Below are positions 1 through 8,360 of a DNA stretch of 42,582 nt, one piece after another. How positions within the stretch are numbered: the stretch's first letter is position 1; each line of letters opens with the position of its first letter. Under the pieces are notes generated by a model, which saw nothing but the letters and a program-made list of their open reading frames with translations, had not been told where the DNA came from and searched no databases. Where the stretch lies: the NCBI GenBank assembly GCA_052039025.1, contig JBQGDK010000174.1, forward strand, positions 1 through 42,582, given 5' to 3'. A program made the translations under genes and the position numbers. The DNA is from Actinomycetota bacterium. Its GTDB lineage: Bacteria > Actinomycetota > UBA4738 > CALAEC01.

Positions 1-520
1 CCATGGCGGGCTGGGGAACCTCTTCCGCCGGGGGAGCCGACGACGCCCGGCGGGCCTCCTCCTTCAGCCGGCGAGCGTGGTCCTGGATGAGCCCGGCCAT
101 CTGCTGCAGGAACTGCCGCTCGCTGAGCAGGAACGAGGTCGGGAGGCCGGGCACGTCGGCCTCGACCTCGCCGGTCGCGGCGCGAGCCTCGGCGTCCTCG
201 ACCAGGCGCGCGGCGTGTTCCCTGGCCTGACGGACGATCGCCTGGGCCTGCCGCTGAGCATCCTCGATGCCGGCGGAGTCCCCGCCGGTCTCCGCGAGCT
301 GCTCGCGGAGGCGCTTGTTCTCCTCGTGCAGCGCCGCCAGGTCCTCGGTGATCTGGTCGAGGAACTCGTCGACGTCCCGCTCGCTGTAGCCGCGGAACGC
401 CAGGCGGAACACCTTCTCCTGGACGTCCACGGGCGTGAACCGCTGCCGCTCCTGGCGCGGCGCGGCCGGCTCCTCGCCCGAGCTCGTCCCCGTCTCTTTG
501 CGCTTCCTCTTCTTCGCCAC
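1..520 (-). CDS. divIVA: DivIVA-domain cell-division/polar-growth protein (3-prime end runs off the window)
   Basis: Absent from the ORF track because it has no stop inside the window. GTG at 520-518 is preceded by GGAGG (532-528, 7-nt spacer). Hand translation VAKKRKRKETG...RFTPVDVQEKVFRLAFRGYSERDVDEFLDQITEDLAALHEENKRLREQL shows the DivIVA N-terminal motif plus a coiled coil. It follows yggT, as in other Gram-positive dcw regions. Confidence 0.8.
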   Translation of the reverse strand, partial: MAKKRKRKETGTSSGEEPAAPRQERQRFTPVDVQEKVFRLAFRGYSERDVDEFLDQITEDLAALHEENKRLREQLAETGGDSAGIEDAQRQAQAIVRQAREHAARLVEDAEARAATGEVEADVPGLPTSFLLSERQFLQQMAGLIQDHARRLKEEARRASSAPPAEEVPQPAM

Positions 521-535
521 GCGCTCGCCTCCTCG

Positions 536-808
536 TCAGAACCCGATGCCGCACCCCAGCGCCGCCTGGATCACACCCAGCGCGACGAACACGACGATGG
601 GCGACAGGTCCAGACCCATCGCCCCCATCCTAACGGGGGGGAGCAGACCCCTGACAAGTCCGAGGACCGGCTCCGTGACGTCGTGGATGATGTCCCACAC
701 CGTCCTGCCGATCCCCGACAGCGGTGGCCGGAACCACGACATGATGATCCGGGCGAACAAGATCGCCCAATAGATCGTCAGGAGGATGCAGACGACCCGA
801 ACTACCAC
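536..808 (-). CDS. yggT: YggT family membrane protein
   Basis: 90 aa and hydrophobic (ILLTIYWAILFARIIMSWF...GLDLSPIVVFVALGVI). GTG start with GGGGAGGG SD. Sits in the conserved position between sepF and divIVA. Confidence 0.85.
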   Translation of the reverse strand: MVVRVVCILLTIYWAILFARIIMSWFRPPLSGIGRTVWDIIHDVTEPVLGLVRGLLPPVRMGAMGLDLSPIVVFVALGVIQAALGCGIGF

Positions 809-850
809 GCGGTTCCCTCCCCTGGTCGGGGGCGGAGTCTAGCCGATGAG

Positions 851-1336
851 CTAGAACTGGTTGTAGAAGCCGCCTTCCCTGATGCGCTCACGCTCTTCCG
901 CGGAGACCTCGACGTCGGCGGGCGTGAGCAGGTACACGCGCTGGGCGACGAGCTCGATCTTGCCGTTCTGCGCGAACACGAGGCCGGAGGCGAAGTCGAC
1001 GAGCCGACGGGCCACGGTGTCCTCGGTGCCCTGCAGGTTCATGATGACCGGCACGCCTTCCTTGAACCTCTCCGCGAGGTCCCGGGCCTCGTTGAATCGC
1101 TTCGGCTCCGCGCGGTGGATCGCACCCGCGGCCGGCTGGGTCTTCGGGATCGTTCGGATGATCGCATCGGGCGCCTCCGGCATCGGCTCGGACCGGCCGA
1201 ACCGGCGCAGGGGGCTCTCCTCGACCCGGCTCGGCATCCGGTCCTCGAGGTCGCGCTCGCCGTGCTCGATCGACTCGAACTCCTCGTCCTCGACGAGGCC
1301 GAGGTACTTCATCGTCTTCCGCCAGAGCCCTGCCAC
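851..1336 (-). CDS. sepF: Cell division protein SepF
   Basis: N-terminus (M)AGLWRKTMKYLGLVEDEE and C-terminal domain VPVIMNLQGTEDTVARRLVDFASGLVFAQNGKIELVAQRVYLLTP are typical of SepF. Lies downstream of yggS. Confidence 0.9.
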   Translation of the reverse strand: MAGLWRKTMKYLGLVEDEEFESIEHGERDLEDRMPSRVEESPLRRFGRSEPMPEAPDAIIRTIPKTQPAAGAIHRAEPKRFNEARDLAERFKEGVPVIMNLQGTEDTVARRLVDFASGLVFAQNGKIELVAQRVYLLTPADVEVSAEERERIREGGFYNQF

Positions 1337-1339
1337 CGC

Positions 1340-2026
1340 CTACCTCCCCTCGACCTCGCGCGGGCCGAAGATCGCGGTCCCGACCCGCACCATCGTAGCG
1401 CCTTCCTCGACCGCCGCCTCGAGATCGGCCGACATCCCCATCGACAGCTCCACGGCGCCCTCCACCCGCTCCCGGAGCCGGTCCCGCAGCCCGCGCAGGG
1501 CGGCGAACGACCGGCGAGGGTCCTCCCCCTGGGGAGCCACCGTCATGAGGCCCCGGACCCGGACCCCCGGGATCCCGGCCATCCGCTCCGCGAACGCCAC
1601 CGCCTCCCGAGGGCCCACGCCGACCCGCCGGCCGGTGAAGTCCACCTCGACGAGGCAGTCGACCCCCCCACGATCGCCCGCCAGGCGGGCCAGCCGGTCG
1701 GCCGCGCCCCCCGGCTCGAGCGTCTGGACGACGTCCGCCGCCTCGAGCACTCGGTGCACCTTGTTCCGCTGGAGCCGCCCCACGAAGTGCCAGACCGCGT
1801 GGGGCGCCAGAGCGCGCTTCGACAGCAGGTCTCGCACGTAGTTCTCACCGAACTCCTCCATCCCGGCGCCAGCCGCCGCGGCCACCACCGAGCCGGGCAC
1901 GCCCTTGGTGATCCCGACCACCCGGACGTCCTCGGGCCGGCGTCCACAGGATCGGGCGGCCGCGGCCACGCGGTCGCGGACCAGGGCGAACGACCGCCCC
2001 GGGTCCGGTCCCGGCTCATGCTTCAC
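1340..2026 (-). CDS. yggS: YggS/YlmE family pyridoxal-phosphate-binding protein
   Basis: 228 aa with VVGITKGV, HFVGRLQRNK and MGMSADLEAAVEEGATMVRVGTAIFG motifs. GTGA overlap with the pgeF stop. Confidence 0.9.
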   Translation of the reverse strand: MKHEPGPDPGRSFALVRDRVAAAARSCGRRPEDVRVVGITKGVPGSVVAAAAGAGMEEFGENYVRDLLSKRALAPHAVWHFVGRLQRNKVHRVLEAADVVQTLEPGGAADRLARLAGDRGGVDCLVEVDFTGRRVGVGPREAVAFAERMAGIPGVRVRGLMTVAPQGEDPRRSFAALRGLRDRLRERVEGAVELSMGMSADLEAAVEEGATMVRVGTAIFGPREVEGR

Positions 2027-2790
2027 TCCCGCACCGCCACCATGGCGTGGCGCCCGGTCACGCCGTCCCGGCGATAGGAGTAGAACCGGTCGTGCTCACA
2101 GGCCGTGCAGGCCTGGTCGGCATCGACCTCGTGGATCCCGACCGCGGCCAGCCCCCGGATCGCGGTCCGCCCCAGGTCCAGGGACATCCCACCGTCCCGC
2201 CGCACCACCACGGCCCCACCCGGAGAGCGCGCCTCGACGGCGTCCACGACCTCGGGACCCACCTCGTAGTGGCACGGCCCGATGGCGGGGCCGATGGCGG
2301 CGACGACCCGCCCCGGATCGGCGAACAGGGTGGCCGCCCGGCCCAGGATGCCGGCGGCGAGCCCGCGCCACCCGGCGTGGACCAGGACCAGCTGGTCGTC
2401 CGAGGCCAGCACGATGGGCAGGCAGTCGGCCACGAGCACGGCCAGTGGCACCCCCACGGCGGTGGTCGCCAGCACGTCGGCGGCGCCGAGTGCCGTGTCC
2501 GGATCGTCGAAGCCGGCCCCGGCCGCCGACGCCGACACCCGAGCGACGCCGGTCCCGTGCACCTGCCTGGCCACGGCGAACCGAGGGACGTCGAGGGCCC
2601 GGGCCAGCCGGATCCGGTTGCGGCGGACCCGCTCGAGCGCGTCGCCCGTGCGGAAGCCGAGGTTCAGCGAGTCGAAGGGGGCGGGGCTGTCACCGCCCCG
2701 CCGCTCCGAGAACGCGGCGATGACGCCCCGGCGCTCGAGCCCCGAGGCCGTCAGCACGTCGATGTCACCGCCCAGGCGTCGTCGCTCCAC
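2023..2790 (-). CDS. pgeF: PgeF/YfiH (DUF152) peptidoglycan-editing / laccase-domain protein
   Basis: 255 aa with VHGTGVARV, ADCLPIVLAS, HAGWRGLAAGI and GPAIGPCHYEVG motifs. Sits in the conserved slot after ftsZ. Confidence 0.85.
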   Translation of the reverse strand: MERRRLGGDIDVLTASGLERRGVIAAFSERRGGDSPAPFDSLNLGFRTGDALERVRRNRIRLARALDVPRFAVARQVHGTGVARVSASAAGAGFDDPDTALGAADVLATTAVGVPLAVLVADCLPIVLASDDQLVLVHAGWRGLAAGILGRAATLFADPGRVVAAIGPAIGPCHYEVGPEVVDAVEARSPGGAVVVRRDGGMSLDLGRTAIRGLAAVGIHEVDADQACTACEHDRFYSYRRDGVTGRHAMVAVRE

Positions 2791-2821
2791 GGATGGTGGG
2801 GACGGGGAGCGCCTCGGTCGA

Positions 2822-2888
2822 GGCGGGGGAAGGGCGCCTCGTCGGCCCTCCCCGCCCCCAGGTCTTCGGCGCGGGGCGGAGGCCCCGC
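2822..2888 (-). terminator. Two GC-rich stem-loops directly after the ftsZ stop (possible U-tail-less terminator or processing/attenuation site)
   Basis: Hairpin 1 is GCGGGGC(2871-2877)-GGAG-GCCCCGC(2882-2888), touching the TAG stop. Hairpin 2 has an outer stem GGCGGGG/CCCCGCC and an inner stem AGGGC/GCCCT within about 2822-2856. No U tract follows either. Confidence 0.35.
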
Positions 2889-4045
2889 TATTTCAGGAAG
2901 TCGGGGATGTCCAGGTCGTCCTGGCCGTCGTCGAGCGGACGAGCCCCGGCCGGCGTTGGCGCCGGCTGGAACAGATCGTCCTCCTCCTCGGCGTCGCGCA
3001 GCAGCGAGGGGACCGGGATGTCCTCCTCTCCCTCCGTCTCCTCCTCCACCTTCCTGGGCCGCTGGGTCAGGAGCGGCGGGCGGAACTCCTGTCCCATCTC
3101 CCGGTCGAAGCCCGCGGCGATCACCGTCACCCGGACCTCGTCCGCCAGGGCATCGTCGATCACGGCCCCGAAGATGATGTTCGCGTCGGGGTGAGCGGCC
3201 CGGGTGATGGCCTCCGCGGCTCGGTGGACCTCATGCAGGGTCAGATCGGACCCGCCCCCGATCGACAGCAGGAGGCCCTTGGCCCCCTCGATCGACGCCT
3301 CCAGCAACGGCGAGGAGATCGCGGCTCGGGCGGCCTCCTCGGATCGGTTCTCACCGGTGCCACCGCCCACGCCCATCAGGGCCGAGCCGGCATCGTGCAG
3401 CACGGTCCGAACGTCGGCGAAGTCGAGGTTGATGAGCCCCGGCGTCGTGATCAGGGCGGTGATGCCTTCGACGCCCTGGTAGAGCACCTGGTCCGCCATC
3501 CGGAACGCGTCGAGCATCGAGGTCTCGTCGTCGGAGATCTGGAGCAGGCGGTCGTTCGGCACGATGATCAGGGTGTCCACCGCCTGCTTCACCTCCTGGA
3601 TCCCGGACTCCGCCTGGGTGGCCCGTCGCCGGCCCTCGAACGAGAATGGACGGGTCACCACCCCGATCGTGAGCGCCCCCAGCTCCCGGGACACGCCCGC
3701 CACCACCGGGGCGCCGCCGGTCCCGGTGCCGCCGCCCTCGCCGGCGGTGACGAACACCATGTCGGCACCCTTCAGGATCTCCTCGATCTCCGCGCGGTGC
3801 TCCTCCGCGGCCCGACGGCCGATCTCCGGATCGGAGCCGGAACCCAGGCCCCGCGTGGTCTCTCGTCCGATGTCGAGCTTCACGTCCGCCTCGGACATCA
3901 GGAGGGCCTGGGCGTCGGTGTTCACCGCCACGAACTCCACGCCTTTCAGGCCCGCCTCGATCATCCGGTTGACGGCGTTCACGCCGCCGCCGCCGATGCC
4001 GACGACCTTGATCAGCGCCAGGTAGTTCTGGGGAGCCTGCATCAT
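2888..4045 (-). CDS. ftsZ: Cell division GTPase FtsZ
   Basis: 385 aa with [13 protein letters not shown], the tubulin signature [16 protein letters not shown], and the C-terminal peptide [10 protein letters not shown]. Confidence 0.98.
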   Translation of the reverse strand: MMQAPQNYLALIKVVGIGGGGVNAVNRMIEAGLKGVEFVAVNTDAQALLMSEADVKLDIGRETTRGLGSGSDPEIGRRAAEEHRAEIEEILKGADMVFVTAGEGGGTGTGGAPVVAGVSRELGALTIGVVTRPFSFEGRRRATQAESGIQEVKQAVDTLIIVPNDRLLQISDDETSMLDAFRMADQVLYQGVEGITALITTPGLINLDFADVRTVLHDAGSALMGVGGGTGENRSEEAARAAISSPLLEASIEGAKGLLLSIGGGSDLTLHEVHRAAEAITRAAHPDANIIFGAVIDDALADEVRVTVIAAGFDREMGQEFRPPLLTQRPRKVEEETEGEEDIPVPSLLRDAEEEDDLFQPAPTPAGARPLDDGQDDLDIPDFLK

Positions 4046-4118
4046 CCTCGTCGCCTCCTCGCGTCGGCGCCCTGGGGGGCCGCGACCTGCGGAAACGCCG
4101 TTCCCATCCGACCCTCAA

Positions 4119-4147
4119 CCTTTACTCGACCTTGAATGTTATGTAAA
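4119..4147 (-). promoter_or_regulatory. Candidate ftsZ promoter in the AT-richer ftsQ-ftsZ spacer
   Basis: On the gene strand: TTTACA (4147-4142), 17 nt, TAAAGG (4124-4119), inside the only low-GC patch of the 146-bp intergenic region. The -10 match is weak. Confidence 0.25.
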
Positions 4148-4191
4148 CCTCACCTACAGGTCGCGTACCCTACCAGGGGGCGGTGGGGCTG

Positions 4192-4905
4192 TCAACCCGC
4201 GGCGAGAGCCGGGGCGCTGGGGACCCGTACGTCGATGTACCCGATGCCGAGGCTCCGCTCCTCCGCCCAGGCCAGCATCCCGAGCAGGGCGCGGTTCTTG
4301 GCTCCGAGACGCTCGGGCTCTCCGTACCGGACCTGGCCGCCGTCCCGGAGCTCCAGGACCACCTGGCCGCGCTCCTCGGCCACCGAGGAGACCGAGGCCA
4401 GCAGGGCATCGGTCATCGAGGCGGCGACCCGGAGCGTCGCCACGCCTTCGAGCCGTTCGCCCGGGCCGGCGGGGTCGGCGACGGCCCCGAGCACGGGGAG
4501 CCGGCCCGGGCCGGGGCCGTCGAGGACCGTGCCGTCGTCGGCCACCAGCGCCGGCCCGGAGGGACCCTCGATCCATCCCACGGGCCGCCGCTCCTCGATC
4601 CGGAGCAGCAACGTCGCCGGGAGCGACCGCTCCACGAGCGCGTCTCGCACCCAGGGGCTCCGCTCGAGCCTCGCGGCGACGTCGCCGACCGGGAGCCGGA
4701 CCAGGTTCGTCCCCGCGTCGACGTCGGCCAACGAGCGCACCTCGTCCGCGGTGAGCTCGTGGGCGCCCTCCACCCGGATCCGGTCGATCCCGAAGACCGG
4801 GGAATTGACCACCGCCCACACCCCGAGCCCAAGCCCGACGAGCGTCAGGGCCACGGCCCCAACCGGGTTCCGATGGAACAGCGCGGTCTGGAGCCGCTCG
4901 GTCAT
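4192..4905 (-). CDS. ftsQ: Cell division protein FtsQ (POTRA domain)
   Basis: 237 aa with an N-terminal TM (VGAVALTLVGLGLGVWAVV) followed by a POTRA-like segment FGIDRIRVEGAHELTADEVRSLADV. ATGA overlap with the murB stop. Confidence 0.8.
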   Translation of the reverse strand: MTERLQTALFHRNPVGAVALTLVGLGLGVWAVVNSPVFGIDRIRVEGAHELTADEVRSLADVDAGTNLVRLPVGDVAARLERSPWVRDALVERSLPATLLLRIEERRPVGWIEGPSGPALVADDGTVLDGPGPGRLPVLGAVADPAGPGERLEGVATLRVAASMTDALLASVSSVAEERGQVVLELRDGGQVRYGEPERLGAKNRALLGMLAWAEERSLGIGYIDVRVPSAPALAAG

Positions 4906-5825
4906 CCGACCTCTCCGATCAGACGCACCTCGGGCTCCAGCTCGACGCCGAACCGCTCGTGCACCCGTTCCCGGAGCCGGCGCATGAGCCGGTGGACGTC
5001 ACGCGCCGTGGAGCCGGGGCCGGCCACGATGAAGTTCGCGTGCTTCTCGGAGACCCGAGCCCCACCCACCGCCATGCGCTTGCCGCCCACCGCCTCGATC
5101 AACCGGGCGGCGTGGTCGCCCGGAGGGTTCGTGAACACGCTCCCGCAGTTCGGCTCGGCCAGGGGCTGGGTGGCCCGCCGCCACTCCCGGGCCTCGTCCA
5201 TGAGACGCCGGATCCCCTGCGGATCGCCCGGCCGCAGCCGGACCGTGGCCCCGATCACCACGCCGCGGTCCGGCAGGTCCGAGCCCCGGTACCGGAACCC
5301 GGCGTCCGCCGCGGGGACGTCGCGGGTCCGTTCCTGGTCGAGCTCGAACAGCTCGATCCGCTCGACGACCTCGTCGAGCGACCGGCCGTGCGCACCGGCG
5401 TTCATCCGCACGGACCCCCCGAGCGACGCCGGGATCGCCACACCGAACTCGAGCCCGGCGAGCGAATGGGAGAGGGCCACGCCGGCCAAGGCCGGCAGGG
5501 GCATCGAGCCGCCGGCGGAGAGCCGCCGGCCATCGCGAGCGGCCCACCGAAACGCCCGGCCCAGCCGAAGGACCACGCCGGGGAACCCTCGGTCGGAGAC
5601 GAGCACGTTCGAGCCCTTCCCGATCACCGCGAACGGCACACCGGTGGCCCGCACGGCTCGCGCCACGGCGACGAGATCGTCGGGCGACTCGGCCTCGACG
5701 AACAGCGCCGCGGGGCCGCCGAGACGGAACGATGTCAACGGCGCCAGCGGGAACCCGACGCTCAGCCGCGGCCCCACGGCGGACCGGAGGATCTCCTCCG
5801 CCTCCCGGAGCGGATCACTCGCCAC
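4902..5825 (-). CDS. murB: UDP-N-acetylenolpyruvoylglucosamine reductase MurB
   Basis: Contains LAPLTSFRLGGPAALFVEA, AVIGKGSNVLVSD, GSVRMNAGAHG and NCGSVFTNP. The track ORF (to 5996) runs back into murC, so I trimmed it to GTG 5825, which overlaps the murC stop by 11 nt. The start is uncertain. Confidence 0.85.
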   Translation of the reverse strand: MASDPLREAEEILRSAVGPRLSVGFPLAPLTSFRLGGPAALFVEAESPDDLVAVARAVRATGVPFAVIGKGSNVLVSDRGFPGVVLRLGRAFRWAARDGRRLSAGGSMPLPALAGVALSHSLAGLEFGVAIPASLGGSVRMNAGAHGRSLDEVVERIELFELDQERTRDVPAADAGFRYRGSDLPDRGVVIGATVRLRPGDPQGIRRLMDEAREWRRATQPLAEPNCGSVFTNPPGDHAARLIEAVGGKRMAVGGARVSEKHANFIVAGPGSTARDVHRLMRRLRERVHERFGVELEPEVRLIGEVG

Positions 5826-7257
5826 GGCGGGAACCCAGGAGCGCGAGCGTCTCGGATCCGACCATGGTGATGTCCCCCGCCCCGAGCGTGAGCACGAGGT
5901 CGCCGGGGCGCACCTCCCGGGCCAGGAACGGTGCGACCTCCGATCGCCGCGGGAGGTAGACCGCCCGCTTGCCCGGAGCGGCCTCGACCAGGCCATCGAT
6001 CACCAGCTTGCCCGTCACGCCGGGGACGGGCTGCTCTCCCGCGCCGTACACGTCGGTGACCACGACCAGGTCCGCGTCGCTCAGGCTCTCTCCCAGCCCT
6101 CGCCACAGCCGCGACGTGCGGGAGAAGCGATGGGGCTGGAACACCGCGACGATCCGGTCGGCCCCGTTGGCGCGAGCCGCCCGGAGGGTGGCGGCGATCT
6201 CCGTGGGATGGTGGGCGTAATCGTCGACGAACTCCACGCCGTCGGCATCGCCGCGACGCTCCCACCGGCGGCGGACGCCCCCGTACGAGGCGAGCGCCTC
6301 GACGGCGACCTCCGCGGGGACGCCGACCCGGGTGGCCACGGCCACCGCGGCGGCGGCGTTCCACAGATGCTGCCGCCCCGGGACCGGCAGTTCGAGGCGG
6401 CCGACCCACGCCGCCACACCGGGCGCCGCCGAGACTCGGATCCGGCACCTGCCGCCGGCCCGCCCGCCCTCGACCTCTTCGACCCGGACGTCGGCGTCCG
6501 CGGACCCCCCGTACCAGACGGCGCCGGCGCCGGCGGCCTCGACGACGCGCACGGCGCCGGGCTCGTCCGCGCACGCCACCACCGTGCCCGCCCGTCGGCA
6601 GAACCGGACGAAGGCCGCCTCGATGTCGGGGAGATCCCGGTAGAAGTCGAGGTGGTCCTCCTCCACGTTCGTGACCACGGCCAGCTCCGGCTCGAGCAGG
6701 AGGAACGTGCCGTCGGATTCGTCGGCCTCGGCGAGGAAGAGCTCGCCGGCGCCCGACCGGGCGTTGCTCCCGCTCTCGTTGAGGTCCCCCCCGACCACGT
6801 ACGTCGGGTCGAGGCCGGCCCGCTCCAGGACCACCGCGAGCATCGAGGTCGTGCTGGTCTTCCCGTGCGTCCCGGCCACGGCGATCCCCCGCCGCTCCCC
6901 CATCATCGCTGCCAGCACCTGGGCCCGGGCCAGGACCGGGATCCCCCGAGCCCGCGCATCCGCCACCTCCGGGTTCCCCGGTCCGATGGCGGTCGACACG
7001 ACCACGGCGTCGGCCTCTCCCACGTTGCCGGCGTCGTGCCCCACCGCGACGTCGGCACCGAGGGCTCGGAGCTCCTCGATGGCCGTCGACTCCTTCAGGT
7101 CCGAGCCGGACACGGCCACCCCGCGGGCCAGGAACAGGCGCGCCAGCCCGCTCATCCCGGCGCCGCCGATCCCGACCAGGTGCACCCGGGCGAGCCCGGA
7201 CAGGTCGGGCACCTCGAGCGTGGGGATGCTCCCGTGGGGCGGCACGTACTCGTTCAC
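5815..7257 (-). CDS. murC: UDP-N-acetylmuramate--L-alanine ligase MurC
   Basis: Contains VHLVGIGGAGMSGLARLFLARG, AVAGTHGKTSTTSML and DDYAHHPTEI. Start GTG 7257 forms a GTGA overlap with the murG stop. The 1013-aa track ORF is an artefactual extension. Confidence 0.92.
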   Translation of the reverse strand: MNEYVPPHGSIPTLEVPDLSGLARVHLVGIGGAGMSGLARLFLARGVAVSGSDLKESTAIEELRALGADVAVGHDAGNVGEADAVVVSTAIGPGNPEVADARARGIPVLARAQVLAAMMGERRGIAVAGTHGKTSTTSMLAVVLERAGLDPTYVVGGDLNESGSNARSGAGELFLAEADESDGTFLLLEPELAVVTNVEEDHLDFYRDLPDIEAAFVRFCRRAGTVVACADEPGAVRVVEAAGAGAVWYGGSADADVRVEEVEGGRAGGRCRIRVSAAPGVAAWVGRLELPVPGRQHLWNAAAAVAVATRVGVPAEVAVEALASYGGVRRRWERRGDADGVEFVDDYAHHPTEIAATLRAARANGADRIVAVFQPHRFSRTSRLWRGLGESLSDADLVVVTDVYGAGEQPVPGVTGKLVIDGLVEAAPGKRAVYLPRRSEVAPFLAREVRPGDLVLTLGAGDITMVGSETLALLGSRRGE

Positions 7258-8360
7258 GACCGCCTCCGCGCTTCCGCCACGGCGAGATCGGCGAGCGCGT
7301 CGGCCGCGTCCGGACGGCCGAACCGGAGGCTCGCCCTGGCCATCGACTCCAGCAGGGCACGGTCCTCCAGGAGCGGCGCGATCCGCTCGGCCACCCCGGC
7401 TCCCGACGCGGCATCGTCGAGGAGCACGGCCGCGCCCCCGGCCCGCTCCACCGCCCGGGCGTTCGCCTCCTGGTGCCGGCCGGTGGCGTAGGGGTACGGC
7501 ACGAGGACCGCCGGCACGCCGGCCACCGTGAGCTCGGCGATCGTCCCCGCGCCGGCCCGAGCCAGGGCCAGGTCGGCCGCCGCATAGACCAGCTCGACCC
7601 GTTCGACGAACGGGGCCGTGCGCACGAGCAGGCCCCGGGTGGCGGGCAGGTGCTGTCGGACGACGTCGAGATGTCGGGGCCCGGTGATCACCAGCACCTG
7701 CAGGTCCGAGCGGCCCGACAGGATCCGGCACAGCTCCACCGCGGCATGATCGAGGCGCAGCGCGCCCTGGCTTCCCCCCAGGACCACGAGCGTCCGGCGA
7801 CCGCTCTCCAGCCCCAGCGCCCCCCGGGCCTCCTCGGCCAGGGCCGCGCGGTCCTCCCGGACGCGGCGGACGGCCTCTCGCACCGGGTTGCCGGTGAGCG
7901 CCGTCCGGGCCCGGCGGGGCAGCCGCCGCCCGGCCTCGAGGAACGACAGCGCCACGATCCGGGCCCACCGCGCCGCGAGCCGATTCGCCAGGCCCGGCAC
8001 CGCGTTCTGTTCGTGGAGCACCAGCGGGACCCGTTCGCGCCGGGCCGCCAGCGCGACAGGGACGCTCACGTAGCCCCCCATCCCGAGGATCACGTCGGCG
8101 TCCCGCACCAGCGGTCGACACTCGGCGGCGGCCCGCAGCGCGGCCACGGGGGCGCGCAGCGTCGCCGTCGAGAAGGTCCGACGGAACGGCAGCGCTGCCA
8201 CCGTCCGCAGCGGGAAGCCCGCGGCCGGGACGAGCTCGGCCTCCTGGCCCTCGGCCCGGCCCAGGAACACGACGTCGGCGCCGAGCCGGCCCCTGAGCCG
8301 AGCCGCCGTGGCCACGGCCGGGAAGACGTGCCCGGCGGTCCCGCCGGTGCCGATCCCCAC
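7254..8360 (-). other. murG: MurG (lipid II synthase) portion; could also be made separately from in-frame GTG 8360
   Basis: The G-loop GTGGTAGHVFP starts 5 codons after GTG 8360-8358, which has a GGGGGAGG SD-like run 8 nt upstream. 368 codons to the stop at 7254. Confidence 0.8.

Noticed and set aside
77-2077. Very long ORFs in the track that lie antisense to recognisable genes. Examples: 77-2077(+), 2282-4135(+), 4183-7491(+), 7473-10556(+), 12191-13675(+), 14892-17135(+), 22209-24197(-), 24829-26625(-), 29641-31359(+), 40295-42337(-).
   Set aside because: They are Arg/Pro/Gly/His-rich low-complexity translations with no recognisable motifs. Each lies opposite a gene with unmistakable family signatures. 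Stop-poor antisense frames are expected at this GC content.
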